A stretch of 64,000 bases of DNA, taken from assembly GCA_022340425.1 (NCBI GenBank), contig JAJDNY010000135.1:2806-66805 (forward strand). The letters run 5' to 3'. The position numbers and the translations under genes were made by a program. Under the pieces are notes generated by a model that was not told where the DNA came from, did not search any database, and was given only the letters and a program-made list of their open reading frames with translations. Positions 55,541 through 64,000 of this stretch are shown in pieces. Each line of letters starts with the position of its first letter. Positions within the stretch are counted from its first letter, which is position 1. Source of the stretch: Desulfobacteraceae bacterium. GTDB lineage: Bacteria > Desulfobacterota > Desulfobacteria > Desulfobacterales > JAABRJ01.

Positions 55541-57534
55541 CCGAGACCCGTTACGTCCTCGATCTGGTTCTGGACCTGGTGGTGATCGCCTTTCTGGCTA
55601 TCGGGATCTGGCAATTTCGGACGCCCCGTGGCGCTAAATTCGGCAACCTGACGGCGGCATTTGCGCTGTTGTGCGCATTTGTCCTGGTTTTGTGGCGCAG
55701 CGGAGTTGTCGACCCGGCAACGGTGGTGATCTCGCTGCTGATCGGCAGCGCAGGCGGATATGCCGTGGCCAGGGCGGTCAGCATGATTCAGATTCCCGCC
55801 ATGGTGGCGGTGCAAAATGGCGCCGGCGGCATGGCGGCCGTTTTGGTGTCACTGGTGGAACTGATGCGCCGGGCCGATTCCCTGGAATTTGTGAACGAAT
55901 TTTCGGGGGTCCTGGGATTGGCCATCGGTGCCCTGACCTTCAGCGGCAGCATGGTGGCAGCGGCCAAACTGGCGGGTAAGATGCGGCAGCCCCCCCAGGT
56001 GCTGCCCGCTCACGGCGTGCTGGTGCTCGCCACGCTGGTCGCCATGGCGGCCATCGGCCTGTGGTCGCTCAATGTGCCGATTGTGGTCAGATTGTACCTG
56101 CTGATTTTCCAGATCGTACTTGCGGCCGTCTTTGGGGTACTGTTTTCGATTCGCATCGGCGGCGCGGACATGCCGGTCTTGATTTCATTTTTAAACGCCA
56201 ACACGGGGTTGGCGGCGGCGCTCTGCGGGATGGTGATCGGAAATCAGCTGCTGATCGCCTTCGGCGCCACCGTGGCGGCCTCCGGCTCGATCCTAACCCA
56301 CCTGATGTGCCGGGCGATGAATCGCAATCTTTTGCGAATATTCGTTCCCGACAGCCGTCAACCGAAAATCGTTGCCCAAGGTCGAACCGAACCAGCGGCG
56401 GCCGGTTTGCCAAACCCACCGGTTTCCCCCGCCGACAGTCAGCGCGCCGACGGCTCAAAGCTGGAGCAAGCGCTTGCCGTTCTGAGCGATGCCAAAAAAA
56501 TCATCATTGTCCCGGGCTACGGCATGGCGCTCGCCCAGGCCCAAGGGGAGTTGGTGGCCTTGGCCAATAAATTGGCCGAGATGGGCAAGCGGGTCAGATA
56601 CGCGATTCACCCGGTGGCGGGGAGAATGCCCGGACACATGAATGTGCTGCTGGCCGAAGCCGGGGTCGACTACGATCTTCTGGTGGAGATGGAGGAGATC
56701 AACCCCGAGTTCCAGGCCACCGATCTGGCGCTGGTCGTCGGGGCCTGCGACGTGGTCAACCCGGCGGCCATCGATGTGCCGGGCACCCCCATCACGGGCA
56801 TGCCGATCCTGCTGACCCATGAAGCGCGACATGTCACTTGCTGCAATTACGATGACCAGCCCGGCTATTCGGGGGTCAAAAACCCGCTCTATGAGAAACC
56901 CCACACGCTCCTGCTGACGGGTGATGCCAAGGAAACCCTCCACCGCATTTTGGAGGCCCTGACAGATGAAAAGCCCGTGATTGTTCACCCCGCTGCGGTG
57001 GCCGCCGGGGATGTTCTGGCCGCCGCGTGCGACGCCCTCTTATACGCCAAAACGGTGGTGATCGTTCCCGGTTACGGGATGGCCCTGGCCCAGGCGCAAT
57101 TCAAAGTCGCGGCATTGGCGGCGATGCTTGCAAAGCGGGGCGCCGCTGTCAAATTCGCCATCCACCCCGTGGCGGGGCGGATGCCCGGCCACATGAACGT
57201 CATCCTGGCCGAGGCCGAGGTGGATTACGAAAACCTGCTGGAAATGGACACCGTCAACCCTATGTTTGAAGAAACCGACGTGGCGCTGATCTTCGGGGCC
57301 TGCGACGTGGTTAACCCCGCGGCCATCGATGTGCCGGGTACCCCGATTTCCGGCATGCCGATCCTGATGGCGCACGCGGCCAAGACCGTTATCGTCTGCA
57401 ACTTGGATTCGAAGCCCGGTTATTCGGGCGTTGACAATCCCCTTTACGAAAGCCCAAAAACCATTCTGCTCTTGGGTGATGCCCAAAAGACGGCCAGTAA
57501 GCTGATCTCTGCGCTGGAGGCGCTGCATGCCTGA
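55537..57534 (+). CDS. pntB: NAD(P) transhydrogenase beta subunit with tandemly duplicated NADP(H)-binding dIII domain
   Basis: 665 aa. Membrane dII (aa 1 to ~270), then two complete dIII copies (aa ~308-475 and ~491-665). Each copy carries VPGYGMALAQAQ, HPVAGRMPGHMNV(L/I)LAEA, GACDVVNPAA and GMPIL. Confidence 0.9.
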   Translation: MTETRYVLDLVLDLVVIAFLAIGIWQFRTPRGAKFGNLTAAFALLCAFVLVLWRSGVVDPATVVISLLIGSAGGYAVARAVSMIQIPAMVAVQNGAGGMAAVLVSLVELMRRADSLEFVNEFSGVLGLAIGALTFSGSMVAAAKLAGKMRQPPQVLPAHGVLVLATLVAMAAIGLWSLNVPIVVRLYLLIFQIVLAAVFGVLFSIRIGGADMPVLISFLNANTGLAAALCGMVIGNQLLIAFGATVAASGSILTHLMCRAMNRNLLRIFVPDSRQPKIVAQGRTEPAAAGLPNPPVSPADSQRADGSKLEQALAVLSDAKKIIIVPGYGMALAQAQGELVALANKLAEMGKRVRYAIHPVAGRMPGHMNVLLAEAGVDYDLLVEMEEINPEFQATDLALVVGACDVVNPAAIDVPGTPITGMPILLTHEARHVTCCNYDDQPGYSGVKNPLYEKPHTLLLTGDAKETLHRILEALTDEKPVIVHPAAVAAGDVLAAACDALLYAKTVVIVPGYGMALAQAQFKVAALAAMLAKRGAAVKFAIHPVAGRMPGHMNVILAEAEVDYENLLEMDTVNPMFEETDVALIFGACDVVNPAAIDVPGTPISGMPILMAHAAKTVIVCNLDSKPGYSGVDNPLYESPKTILLLGDAQKTASKLISALEALHA

Positions 57535-57699
57535 AGCGGGCTGATGCTTGAACTGGCTTGGCGAGCCGGGCTCTCATGACGGAAACAATCGACGACCTGC
57601 GGTAGACCACCCGCCACGTATCGTGATCGGTTTGGGCGGATGTAAGGCCGGGGACGGGTCAAAAGACCGGCAAGATGTGAAATTAAAATTCCCGGGGCC

Positions 57700-58812
57700 T
57701 CACAACAGATCATCGATGGGGGTGTGTTCAAGGCCGAACGCGTCAGCTACGGCCTCATAGGTAACCTTACCGTCGATAACATTGGCGCCCAGCTTGATGT
57801 CGCTGTTCTTCTGCATGGCCGCCTTCCAGCCCTTGTTGGCGATTTCCACCGCATAGGGCAGGGTGGCATTGGTCAGTGCCATGGTCGAGGTCCGTGGCAC
57901 CGCCCCGGGCATGTTGGCCACGCAGTAATGGACCACGCCCTCAACCGTGAAGATCGGGTTGCCGTGGGTCGTGGCCCTGGAGGTTTCAAAGCAGCCGCCC
58001 TGGTCGATGGCGACATCCACCATGACGGTGCCCGGCTTCATGGTTTTGAGCATCTCGCGGGTGATCAACTTGGGCGCCTTGGCGCCGGGAATCAACACCG
58101 CACCGATGATGACATCGGCCTGCCTGATGAGTTCCCGCAGCGTCGCCGGGCTGGAAAAAAGGCCGAAACAATTGGCCGGCATCACGTCACTCAGATACCG
58201 CAAGCGGTCGAGGTTGTTGTCCAGGACATACACCTTGGCGCCCAGACCGCAGGCCATCTTGGCGGCGTTGATGCCGACGATGCCGCCTCCGATGACCACC
58301 ACATTGCCCGGGTCCACGCCCGGCACGCCCCCCAGCAGCACGCCGTGGCCTCCCTGGGCCATTTCCAGATACTTGGCCCCCTGCTGTATGGCCATTCTGC
58401 CGGCCACCTCGCTCATGGGGGTCAACAGCGGCAGGGAGCGGTCCGGCTTTTGAATTGTTTCATAGGCGATGCAGACGGCCCTGCTCTGGATGAGGGCCTT
58501 GGTCAGCTCCTCCGCCGCCGCCAGATGCAGGTAGGTGAAGACGATCTGGCCTTCCCGGATCAGATCGTACTCGGCGGGCAGGGGTTCCTTGACATGCATC
58601 ACCATGTCGGATCTTTCAAATATTTCGCGGTTTGTCGCAATTATCTCCGCGCCGGACTTGAGATAGGTGGCGTCCTCGAAGCCGCTGCCCTTGCCGGCCC
58701 CCTTTTCCACCAACACCTTGTGGCCGTTGGTGATCATCACCTCGACCCCTGCCGGGGTCATGGACACGCGATTTTCTTCTGTCTTGATTTCTTTCAAAAT
58801 TCCGACGATCAT
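57700..58812 (-). CDS. ald: Alanine dehydrogenase
   Basis: MIVGILKEIKTEENRVSMTPAGV..., GGVPGV...VVVIGGGIVGINAA. 370 aa. Confidence 0.95.
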   Translation of the reverse strand: MIVGILKEIKTEENRVSMTPAGVEVMITNGHKVLVEKGAGKGSGFEDATYLKSGAEIIATNREIFERSDMVMHVKEPLPAEYDLIREGQIVFTYLHLAAAEELTKALIQSRAVCIAYETIQKPDRSLPLLTPMSEVAGRMAIQQGAKYLEMAQGGHGVLLGGVPGVDPGNVVVIGGGIVGINAAKMACGLGAKVYVLDNNLDRLRYLSDVMPANCFGLFSSPATLRELIRQADVIIGAVLIPGAKAPKLITREMLKTMKPGTVMVDVAIDQGGCFETSRATTHGNPIFTVEGVVHYCVANMPGAVPRTSTMALTNATLPYAVEIANKGWKAAMQKNSDIKLGANVIDGKVTYEAVADAFGLEHTPIDDLL

Positions 58813-59034
58813 TCGTTTCTCCTCCTTTGGGTCTAAGCTATCGCGGGTTTTTATCCTTACTGTAAAAGAAAGCGTGCTTCTGAACCATCGTCCTTACGCT
58901 CTTCATTACACTGGAGGAAAAGTTTTGCCAATTAGATACACGAATGAAAAGTCAGAAGGGGTTTAGAAATTTCAAGCACCATTCGTCACATCTTATCCTG
59001 CCGCGGACCCGAACCCCGGAGGACAGAGCCGGCC

Positions 59035-59445
59035 ATGCAGCCAGATCCCAAGACCACCAACATCATCCTGTATTGCCGCAAGTGGGGCCCCACGGTCCGC
59101 TTCTACCGTGAACAGCTGGGCCTGAGCGTGACCTTCGCCAGCGACTGGTTCGTGGAGTTTCGCCTGAATGCCCTTTCCAGGTTGAGCATCGCCGACGAAA
59201 AACGCGCCACCGTTAAAGGCTGCGGGAGCAGGGGGGTCACCTTGGCGCTGGAGGTGGAGGAGATTGCGACCCTGCGGGAATCCGCCCTGAAAAGCGGGCT
59301 GGCGCCGACGGCAATCCGCAGCCATCCCTGGGGCGCCTGGGTGTTTTACCTTTTCGATCCCGAGGGGCACCGGCTGGAGTTTTGGCAGGCGCGGGCTTTC
59401 GATGAGGGGGCAGGCCCGCAAAAGCGCGGTCAGGTTTTGATCTGA
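59035..59445 (+). CDS. VOC (glyoxalase/bleomycin-resistance) family protein
   Basis: 136 aa. FYREQLGL... and ...FDPEGHRLEFW are typical VOC beta-alpha-beta-beta-beta module ends. Confidence 0.75.
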   Translation: MQPDPKTTNIILYCRKWGPTVRFYREQLGLSVTFASDWFVEFRLNALSRLSIADEKRATVKGCGSRGVTLALEVEEIATLRESALKSGLAPTAIRSHPWGAWVFYLFDPEGHRLEFWQARAFDEGAGPQKRGQVLI

Positions 59446-60557
59446 ATGATCCCGCGGGTCGGCTGATGGGGAAAGTCTTCCAGGGGGGCCAGATCGTCCT
59501 TGTCCCGCAGAAAGGTCGGCTCGCTTTGCAGGTAGTGCACGATGGCCGCGGCCACCGCCCTCAGGGATGCCATGCGGGTGCGCTCGTAGCCGTGGGAGCC
59601 GTCGACGCCGAAGCAGACCAGCGCCGTGCGGGTATCGTTGCCGGCCTCGATCGCCGAGGCGGAGTCGCTGCGGTAGAAGCGGAACACGTCTTTGGCATAG
59701 GCGAGGTGGTTGTCCTGGCAGATTCTGACCAGCTTGCGGCTGAGGTGATAATCGAAGGGGCCGCTCTGGTCCATCATCCCGATGGTCACGCCGTCCTCCA
59801 GGGCATTTTGGCCCGGGGCCAGCGGGGCGTGGTCGATCACCACCATCTCGGCCACATCGACGCAGACCGCCGCCGAGGCGCCGTTGCCGACCTCTTCGAA
59901 AACCGTGAAAATCAGGTGGCAATCCACGGGCAGCGCGGCTCCTGCATCGCGGATGGCCTTGGCGGCGGTCAGTAAGACCGCCACGCCCGCCTTGTCGTCC
60001 AGGTGCCGGGCGTTGATGAACCCGTTGGGCGTGATTTCAGGCAGGGCGTCGAAGGCCACGAAATCCCCGACCGAAAAGCCGGCCGCTTGCAGCCCGGCCC
60101 GCGATCGGGCGGGGACGTCCACCCGGATTTCGATGTGATCCCAGCCGGTGGGTTGGCTGTCCACCGCGTCGCCGAAAACATGTCCGGATGCCTTAAGGGG
60201 CAGAACGGTTCCCCGCTGCGGGCCGCCGGGCGTGAAGACGGTCACCCGCCCGCCCTCCGCGAATCGGCTGGACCAGGTCCCGATGGGGGCAAGCCCCAGC
60301 CGTCCGTTTTCTTTCAGCCGGCTGACCATGGCCCCCAAGGTGTCCAGGTGCGCCGTCACGGCGCGATCCAGAAGCTTCCCCTTGCCCCGCAGGGTCGCCC
60401 GGATGGCGCCCCGCCGGGTGACGTTGACCTCCAGCCCCAGGCGCTGGAGCTTCTGGCCGACAAAATGGACGATCTGGTCGGAGTACCCCGAGGGGCTGGG
60501 AATGTTCAGCAAGGCCAGCAGGGTTTCCTGCAGGTAGGCAGGGTCGATCGCTATCAT
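59430..60557 (-). CDS. M42-family peptidase of the NAGGN osmoprotectant system
   Basis: MIAIDPAYLQETLLALLNIPSPSGY... is M42/FrvX-like, immediately downstream of ngg. Start moved to the ATG at 60557; the track ORF runs 83 aa into ngg. Confidence 0.85.
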   Translation of the reverse strand: MIAIDPAYLQETLLALLNIPSPSGYSDQIVHFVGQKLQRLGLEVNVTRRGAIRATLRGKGKLLDRAVTAHLDTLGAMVSRLKENGRLGLAPIGTWSSRFAEGGRVTVFTPGGPQRGTVLPLKASGHVFGDAVDSQPTGWDHIEIRVDVPARSRAGLQAAGFSVGDFVAFDALPEITPNGFINARHLDDKAGVAVLLTAAKAIRDAGAALPVDCHLIFTVFEEVGNGASAAVCVDVAEMVVIDHAPLAPGQNALEDGVTIGMMDQSGPFDYHLSRKLVRICQDNHLAYAKDVFRFYRSDSASAIEAGNDTRTALVCFGVDGSHGYERTRMASLRAVAAAIVHYLQSEPTFLRDKDDLAPLEDFPHQPTRGIIQIKT

Positions 60558-60561
60558 CGGC

Positions 60562-62349
60562 TCAGGCCTGCCTCGCCGGCTGGCCGGTGGCCGCGGTCTG
60601 GGGAAAGAGAAAGTCGATAAAGCGCTCGGCTGTCGGCTGCGGCTCGTGGTTCGCCAGCCCGGGGCGCTCGTTGGCTTCGATGATCCAGTAATCCGGGCGG
60701 CTCCGGTCGGGCACGATGAGATCCAGCCCGGTGACCGGAATCTTGAGGGCCCGCGCGGCTTGCTCGCCCACCGCGGCCAGTGCCGGGTGAATCTCGCCGG
60801 TGACATCGGTGATGGTGCCTCCCGTGTGCAGGTTGGCGGTTTTGCGCAGCGGAATTTTTTCCTCCGCCGGGGGTACGTCCTCCAGGCCGTGGCCGCTTAG
60901 CCGCAGGCAGCGCTTGGTTTCAGCGTCCAGCGGCAGACGCCCTTCGCCGCCCGTCGCGGCCGCCCGCCGCCGGTTGTACTTTTCGATCAAGGTGCGCACG
61001 CTGTGCTGCCCCGTGCCGACGATTACCGGCGGCCGGCGCACGGCGGCGGCCACCATCCGGTAATCGATCACGATCAGCCGCAGGTCCTCCCCGGCGACCA
61101 ATTCCTCCAGGACAACATCCGGACAGTAGCGGCGGGCGCGCCCGATGGCCTGTTCCAGATCCGCCTCGGTCCTGAGATCGACGCTGATGCCGTCCCCCTG
61201 CTCGCCGCTGGCCGGCTTGACCACCAGGCGCCCCAGGGCGGCGAGAACATTGCGGTTCTGCTCGGGCTTTCCGGCGGGGTGCTGCCGGGGGACTTTCAGG
61301 CCGGCCGTCCTCAGGACCCGATGGGTGACCCGCTTGTCGTCGCATCGGCTCATGGCTACGGCCGAGGTCTGATCGCTCAGGGATTCCCGGCAGGCAACTG
61401 TGCGGCCGCCCAGGGTCAAGTCGAAATAGCCGTACTCGGCGTCCACGACCCTGACCCCGATCCCGCGGCGCTGGGCCTCCTTGACGATGATGGCCGCATA
61501 GGGGTTGAGCTGGGCCGCCGGGGAGGCGCCGGTGTATAGGGGTTCGTTGATGGGGTTCTTGCGTTTGACGCAGAAGACCGGGACCCGCTGGAAACCCATT
61601 TTTTCATACAGGGCGATGGCCTCGGCGTTGTCGTGGAGGACCGAAAGATCCAGGTAGGCCCTTCCGCGGGTCAGGTAGTGGCCGGCCAGATGACGCACCA
61701 GGGCCTCTCCCACCCCCGGGGCCTGGGTTTGGGGATCCACCGCCAGGCACCAGAGGCTGGCGCCGTTTTCGGGGTCGGCAAAGGCCTCGGTGTGGTCCAC
61801 CCCGGTTACGGTGCCGACGATCCGGCCGTCCCCACGCGACTCCGCAACCAGGTAGGTCCGTTTGCGGGAGGCGCTGTGGGCGAGAAGGAACGTGGGATCA
61901 CAGCCGACCATCTGGCGGGTGGCATACAGGCGGTTGATCTCCTCGGCGTCTTTGCGCGAATGCAGCCTGCGGATCGTGAAAGCTCCCGAGCGCGGGCTGC
62001 GCGGCTGGTATTCGTGCAACCACAGGCGGTAGGCGTGGGAGGGATCCAGGAAGAAGCGGTCCGGCCCCATCGCGAGCAGTACGTGGGGGTCGCGCAGGTA
62101 GAAGGTGATGTCGCGCTTGCCCGCGGTCTCCCGCTCCATTGCGGCGCAGAGCGTCTTTTGGGAGCGGAAGGTGTGGCCGAAAATGATCCGCCCCCAGCCC
62201 ATCTCGATCGTTGCATTGGCGCTCATCTGGGCGGCTTTGGGTCCCTGGGGGAGCTTCTCGTTGCGCAGTGTGAAGCCCGTCATGCGCTGCAGTCGGTCGC
62301 GCAGCTCGTTGGGTCGTTCCATTTGCTGCCTCCTGACGGATGCGAACAT
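60562..62349 (-). CDS. ngg: N-acetylglutaminylglutamine synthetase (GNAT + ATP-grasp)
   Basis: 595 aa with an N-terminal acetyltransferase region and a C-terminal ATP-grasp (VVKPASGEQGDGISV ...). Flanked by asnO-like and M42 genes, as in the known NAGGN locus. Confidence 0.85.
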   Translation of the reverse strand: MFASVRRQQMERPNELRDRLQRMTGFTLRNEKLPQGPKAAQMSANATIEMGWGRIIFGHTFRSQKTLCAAMERETAGKRDITFYLRDPHVLLAMGPDRFFLDPSHAYRLWLHEYQPRSPRSGAFTIRRLHSRKDAEEINRLYATRQMVGCDPTFLLAHSASRKRTYLVAESRGDGRIVGTVTGVDHTEAFADPENGASLWCLAVDPQTQAPGVGEALVRHLAGHYLTRGRAYLDLSVLHDNAEAIALYEKMGFQRVPVFCVKRKNPINEPLYTGASPAAQLNPYAAIIVKEAQRRGIGVRVVDAEYGYFDLTLGGRTVACRESLSDQTSAVAMSRCDDKRVTHRVLRTAGLKVPRQHPAGKPEQNRNVLAALGRLVVKPASGEQGDGISVDLRTEADLEQAIGRARRYCPDVVLEELVAGEDLRLIVIDYRMVAAAVRRPPVIVGTGQHSVRTLIEKYNRRRAAATGGEGRLPLDAETKRCLRLSGHGLEDVPPAEEKIPLRKTANLHTGGTITDVTGEIHPALAAVGEQAARALKIPVTGLDLIVPDRSRPDYWIIEANERPGLANHEPQPTAERFIDFLFPQTAATGQPARQA

Positions 62350-62439
62350 CCTGGCGTATCGCGGGGGTCAGCTGTCGACCCCCGGCGTGGTCTGTTTTGG
62401 CATCATTTGGGTGCGAGGCGTGCCGGTCAATGGGCCGCG

Positions 62440-64000
62440 TCACAGTCCCTGGGCGGCCAGCCAGTAGCTTAGGACCGCCATTTGCCAAATCTTCGAGCCC
62501 CGCAGTGGGGTGAAGTGGTCCTCCGGCTCGGCCAGCAGACGGTTGACGTGCTGGGGATTGAAAAGCGCGCGCGCACGGCTTCGCGGGGACAGCAGGGCCT
62601 CCTGCACAAAGGCCAGATAGTCCCCCTGGAGGTGTTTGAGGGCCGGCACCGGGAAATAGCCCTTGGGGCGGTCGATCACCTCCGAGGGGATGATGCCGCG
62701 GGCGGCCTCCTTCAGGACGTGCTTGCCGTCGCCCGCGACCTTGAATCGGGCGGGAATGCGGGCGGCGAGTTCCACCACCTCATGGTCCAGAAAAGGCACG
62801 CGGGCCTCCAGCCCCCAGGCCATGGTCATGTTGTCCACCCGCTTGACAGGGTCCTCCACCAGCATCACCGTCGTGTCGATCCGCAGGGCCTTGTCGATGG
62901 CCCGGGGAGCGCCGGCAGTCGCGAAGTGCCCCGCCACAAAAGCGGTGCTGTAATCGTCTTTCAGAAACTGCGGGTCCACCGCCGCCGCGTATTCCGCATG
63001 GGTGCGGTCGAAAAAATGACCAGCATAGTCTTCAAGCGCCGCGCTGCTGGTCATCAGGGGCGGATACCAGTGATAGCCGCCGAATATTTCGTCGGCCCCC
63101 TGACCGCTTTGGACCACCTTGACGTGCCGGGCGACGGCCCGGCTCAACAGGTAAAAGCCGATGCAGTCGTGGCTGACCATCGGTTCGCTCATCGCAGTGA
63201 TGCAGTCGTCGATGGATGCGAGAACATCCGCCGCCTGGGCTTCGATGCGGTGGTGACGGGTGCCGAAGTGATCGGCCACGCGGTCGGAATAGCGAAACTC
63301 GTTACCCGCCTCGCCGTTGACGGCATCGAATCCGATGGAGAAGGTCGTCAGGTCCCTCTGGCCCAGCTCGGCCAGCAGCCCCACCACCAGGCTGGAATCC
63401 ACCCCCCCGGAGAGCAGTACCCCCACCGGCACATCGGCCGTGAGCCGCCGCTTGACCGAACGCCGCAGCGCCCGCCGGACCAGGGCTTGCCATTGGGCGA
63501 GATCATAGCCGCGCTCCTCCGGGCGGGGGCCAAAATTCAAGCTCCAGTAAGGTTTTGTCTCGATGCCGCCCCGGGCATCGATGGTCATGGTCTCCCCCGG
63601 CGGCAGTTTGCGGACGGAGCTGAGGATCGTGCGGGGGGCCGGCACCACCGAGTGAAAGGTCATGTAATGGTGCAGGGCCACCGGGTCGATGTCGCCCGCA
63701 ACATCCCCGCCGGCGATCAGTGCGGGCAGGGAGGAGGCGAACCGAAACTCATCCGGCCCCTGCCGGTAGTAGAGCGGCTTGATGCCCAGGCGATCACGGG
63801 TCAGGAACAGGCGGCCGCTGTCGCGCTCGTAGATGGCGAAGGCGAACATGCCGTTCAAGCGCCGCACGCAGTCCTGACCCCAGGCATGATAGGCTTTGAG
63901 GATCACCTCGGTGTCGCCGGTCGAGAAAAACCGGTAGCCCCTGTCTTCCAGCGTTTTGCGCAGCGCTGCAAAGTTGTAAATGGCGCCGTTGAAGATGATG
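62440..64000 (-). CDS. asnO: N-acetylglutaminylglutamine amidotransferase (asparagine synthase, glutamine-hydrolysing family), 5' end outside the window
   Basis: PP-loop LLSGGVDSSLV. The upstream frame stays open to the window edge (…IIFNGAIYNFAALRKTLEDRGYRFFSTGDTEVILKAY…), so the N-terminus is truncated by the window. Confidence 0.85.
   Translation of the reverse strand, partial: IIFNGAIYNFAALRKTLEDRGYRFFSTGDTEVILKAYHAWGQDCVRRLNGMFAFAIYERDSGRLFLTRDRLGIKPLYYRQGPDEFRFASSLPALIAGGDVAGDIDPVALHHYMTFHSVVPAPRTILSSVRKLPPGETMTIDARGGIETKPYWSLNFGPRPEERGYDLAQWQALVRRALRRSVKRRLTADVPVGVLLSGGVDSSLVVGLLAELGQRDLTTFSIGFDAVNGEAGNEFRYSDRVADHFGTRHHRIEAQAADVLASIDDCITAMSEPMVSHDCIGFYLLSRAVARHVKVVQSGQGADEIFGGYHWYPPLMTSSAALEDYAGHFFDRTHAEYAAAVDPQFLKDDYSTAFVAGHFATAGAPRAIDKALRIDTTVMLVEDPVKRVDNMTMAWGLEARVPFLDHEVVELAARIPARFKVAGDGKHVLKEAARGIIPSEVIDRPKGYFPVPALKHLQGDYLAFVQEALLSPRSRARALFNPQHVNRLLAEPEDHFTPLRGSKIWQMAVLSYWLAAQGL

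Noticed and set aside
56458-57534. The dIII duplication in pntB considered as an assembly artefact or recent tandem repeat.
   Set aside because: The two copies differ at many synonymous and non-synonymous positions and are joined by a unique linker in a single open frame. Only short cores such as GGGGCCTGCGACGTGGT remain near-identical. This is consistent with an old in-frame duplication.
1-64000. CRISPR arrays, rRNA genes, IS elements, prophage or defence-island genes.
   Set aside because: I saw no regularly spaced direct repeats, and no transposase, integrase, recombinase or nuclease-type ORFs. Every intergenic region longer than 200 nt was read, and they contain only promoters, hairpins or palindromes.

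Overview
GC-rich chromosomal segment that looks like a sulfate-reducing Desulfobacterota (deltaproteobacterial) genome. It is densely coded (about 55 genes). I saw no transposase, integrase, CRISPR array or rRNA. All homology calls come from reading motifs and domain order by eye; no database search was run.

Gene order:
- TAXI-TRAP transporter, then a short QueG-like Fe-S protein.
- Rrf2 regulator, PAS histidine kinase, CheY-like receiver and tandem USP, lying downstream of a complete hmcABCDEF operon (16-haem cytochrome transmembrane redox complex). This includes a 47-aa hmcD that is absent from the ORF track.
- MscS-type channel.
- An AT-richer islet encoding a secreted CAP/SCP-domain protein.
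- An oleA-oleB-(unknown)-oleC-oleD head-to-head hydrocarbon operon, directly preceded on the same strand by a 2320-aa PfaC-type PKS (KS-CLF-AT-DH-DH, no ACP/KR/ER).
- A small-protein cluster: NifX-like, IscU-like, FmdB zinc ribbon and a Cys-rich protein.
- A signalling operon: small membrane protein, solute-symporter-fused hybrid kinase, HD-GYP response regulator and a periplasmic-binding-domain hybrid kinase.
- A housekeeping block: rpe, PASTA protein, rsmB, fmt, def, ribF.
- tRNA-Leu(CAG).
- A split YeeE/YedE pair. The first gene has an in-frame TGA exactly at the conserved Cys, so it is a probable selenoprotein.
- A sigma-54 activator.
- Three small unknown ORFs followed by pntAA-pntAB-pntB, where PntB carries a tandem duplication of the NADP(H)-binding dIII domain.
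- Alanine dehydrogenase and a VOC protein.
- The NAGGN osmoprotectant genes: M42 peptidase, ngg, and asnO (cut by the window end).

Most long opposite-strand ORFs in the track are GC-driven shadow ORFs.

The candidates most worth follow-up are the PKS+ole locus, the Sec-containing YeeE/YedE gene, and the double-dIII PntB with its upstream unknown ORFs.
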